Origin: Candidatus Woesearchaeota archaeon
GTDB lineage: Archaea; Nanobdellota; Nanobdellia; Pacearchaeales; GW2011-AR1
DNA: 5,523 bases
Assembly (NCBI GenBank): GCA_964579165.1
Contig: CAZOFF010000034.1
Coordinates: 1-5,523, forward strand
Reading direction: 5' to 3'
Shown: piece after piece, positions 4,380 to 5,523 of the stretch
How the letters are laid out: each line of letters opens with the position of its first letter
Position numbering within the stretch: position 1 is the stretch's first letter
Notes under the pieces: generated by a model
The model's input: the letters and a program-made list of their open reading frames with translations, nothing else
Databases searched by the model: none
Told to the model about the DNA's origin: nothing
Program-made: the position numbers and the translations under genes

Positions 4380-4940
4380 TTATTTGAAGAAGTCCATAGC
4401 AAGTTTAATTCTCGTTTTAACATCTTGAGTTTTTGTTAAAGAAACATCTGTTACTCCTTTTGCTCCCGCATAATTGGCAACATCCCACATAGTTATTCCT
4501 AAAATTTCTGCTGTTTTTCCTAATGATATTCCATGTTCATAAATTTTAGATGCTTTGTTTATCTTTGCTTTTTCAAAAACATCCCTAACATAGTTTTTTA
4601 ATTCTGGGGAAAGTGTGTTAATAGATTTAATGATGCCTTCCAAATTTCTAGAAAATTCTTTAGTATTATTTGCATTTAAACTGGCCAAAGCTTTTTCTAA
4701 AAATAAACTGGCTTTTTTACAGAATTCATCGCAACCTTTTACTTTTCCTCCATTTTGCCTTTCAATTATTTTGCCTAAAGAATATAATATTACTGCTAAC
4801 ATTATGCTATCTGTGTCTTTGTATATGGAAGCAGAATGTATTGTTTCATTACTTAAAGATCTTAGTTTTATTACATCTCTTTTATGTAATGCATTTCTTG
4901 TTTCTCTTAAAATTTCCAGAACGTGCTCTTTTTCATGCAT
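4380..4940 (-). CDS. Helical protein (186 aa) with a C-terminal UPF0175-like HTH domain (antitoxin-like partner of the PIN protein)
   Basis: The C-terminal ASKIYEHGISLGKTAEILGITMWDVANYAGAKGV matches the UPF0175 pattern (hydrophobic-x-L/I-Y-x-x-G-x-I-S-L-G-K-A-A-E-L-x-G-x-x-x-x-E/D-F/V ... G-I/V), recalled from memory. The ~125-aa N-terminal region is predicted helical and I could not assign it. Confidence 0.7.
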   Translation of the reverse strand: MHEKEHVLEILRETRNALHKRDVIKLRSLSNETIHSASIYKDTDSIMLAVILYSLGKIIERQNGGKVKGCDEFCKKASLFLEKALASLNANNTKEFSRNLEGIIKSINTLSPELKNYVRDVFEKAKINKASKIYEHGISLGKTAEILGITMWDVANYAGAKGVTDVSLTKTQDVKTRIKLAMDFFK

Positions 4941-4961
4941 AGATTATAAAATAAAAATAGA

Positions 4962-4969
4962 TTAATAAA
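4962..4969 (-). promoter_or_regulatory. TATA-like box TTTATTAA 22-29 nt upstream of the ATG at 4940 (leaderless operon start predicted)
   Basis: The minus strand reads ACATTTATTAATCTATTTTTATTTTATAATCT-ATG, with no SD-like motif. Confidence 0.3.
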
Positions 4970-5000
4970 TGTTGGGTTGGCTGAATTTATTTGTAAATAA

Positions 5001-5523
5001 TTAATCAGTGCATCTGTTATCTGCATGTTGATATTTAAGCCAAATATTAAATTCATCATTTGTTGTCCAGTAGGGGATTACAACATTTTCATAATCCCTA
5101 AAAACTATAGAGTCTGGATTGTCTAATTCCAAGAAATCTTCGCAAATCAATGAGCATCTGCAATTTTTGGTATGTAAAAGATAATTGTTTGTCTTTTGTG
5201 GTTCATCGCCAAAGATTTTAAATACTTGTGTTGTTCCAATTCCATAATCGCCTGCTTGTGATGGAGAAAGAACTATCTTTGAACTTTTATCTACAGCATC
5301 AGTATACACACTTGTTGGATAAATTGTGTTTAATTGATTAAGATTTGAGTCATAAAAGCTAACTTCACCATTAGAGGCAACATCAATAGCAAAGATTTGG
5401 CGAAAATCTTCTAAGAATGCTACTTCCTCTTCTGAGGGTGCTACATCTTTTTTGACTGTAGCGCCAGTGGGCAAGATACTAAAAACATCTACACCCGCTA
5501 CTTTTGGTGCGCCTAAAGATATG
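5001..5523 (-). CDS. 3' portion of a larger CDS entering from the right window edge; hypothetical protein
   Basis: The track ORF begins at a TTG at 5474. Hand translation of the same frame upstream (…ISLGAPKVAGVDVFSI-LPTGATVKK…) shows no stop codon up to position 5522, so the reading frame is open to the edge. I recognise no family. Four Cys residues cluster in the last ~60 aa. Confidence 0.6.
   Translation of the reverse strand, partial: ISLGAPKVAGVDVFSILPTGATVKKDVAPSEEEVAFLEDFRQIFAIDVASNGEVSFYDSNLNQLNTIYPTSVYTDAVDKSSKIVLSPSQAGDYGIGTTQVFKIFGDEPQKTNNYLLHTKNCRCSLICEDFLELDNPDSIVFRDYENVVIPYWTTNDEFNIWLKYQHADNRCTD

Noticed and set aside
4373-4423. N-terminal 17-codon extension of the PIN-like ORF (start at 4423)
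   Set aside because: It would overlap the upstream gene by 44 nt. The internal ATG at 4372 lies 7 nt after the upstream stop, and the PIN domain's first strand (VLIFDSG) begins shortly after it. The extension is not excluded, just less likely.
4116-4439. 107-aa ORF on the plus strand
   Set aside because: It is a shadow ORF antisense to the PIN-like gene, with no domain signature and a low-complexity F/S/N/I-rich sequence.
4615-4965. Two overlapping plus-strand ORFs (116 aa and 90 aa)
   Set aside because: Both are antisense to the UPF0175-like gene and overlap each other in different frames. Both are hydrophobic, low-complexity translations typical of AT-rich antisense frames.

Overview
AT-rich, compact window that looks archaeal. 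The evidence is one tRNA gene interrupted at 37/38 by an intron flanked by a textbook bulge-helix-bulge motif, plus TATA-like boxes about 25 nt upstream of several ATGs, which suggests leaderless mRNAs. A small-genome DPANN-like archaeon is a plausible source, but that is inference only. On the minus strand, from right to left, I read tRNA-Ile(UAU) with a 101-nt intron, a doubtful small ORF, a DUF4389-like membrane protein, a PspC-domain protein, tRNA-Glu(UUC), an XRE-type HTH regulator, and the start of a membrane protein running off the left edge. On the plus strand there is a ZIP-family metal transporter followed by a very acidic orphan protein. Converging on these from the right (minus strand) are a UPF0175-like HTH protein, a PIN-like (DUF3368-type) protein, and the 3' part of a larger ORF entering from the right edge. 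The most unusual content is non-coding. Both tRNA genes are abutted on their 5' sides by relatively G+C-rich repeat arrays. The tRNA-Glu array has three tandem ~47-bp units. The tRNA-Ile array has two and a half ~100-130-bp units, each headed by a copy of the first 14-15 nt of tRNA-Ile. The two arrays share a ~37-nt core motif in opposite orientation. I could not assign this repeat family to any known class. The UAU-anticodon tRNA-Ile with its long, highly structured intron and the enlarged UPF0175/PIN gene pair are the next most interesting items.
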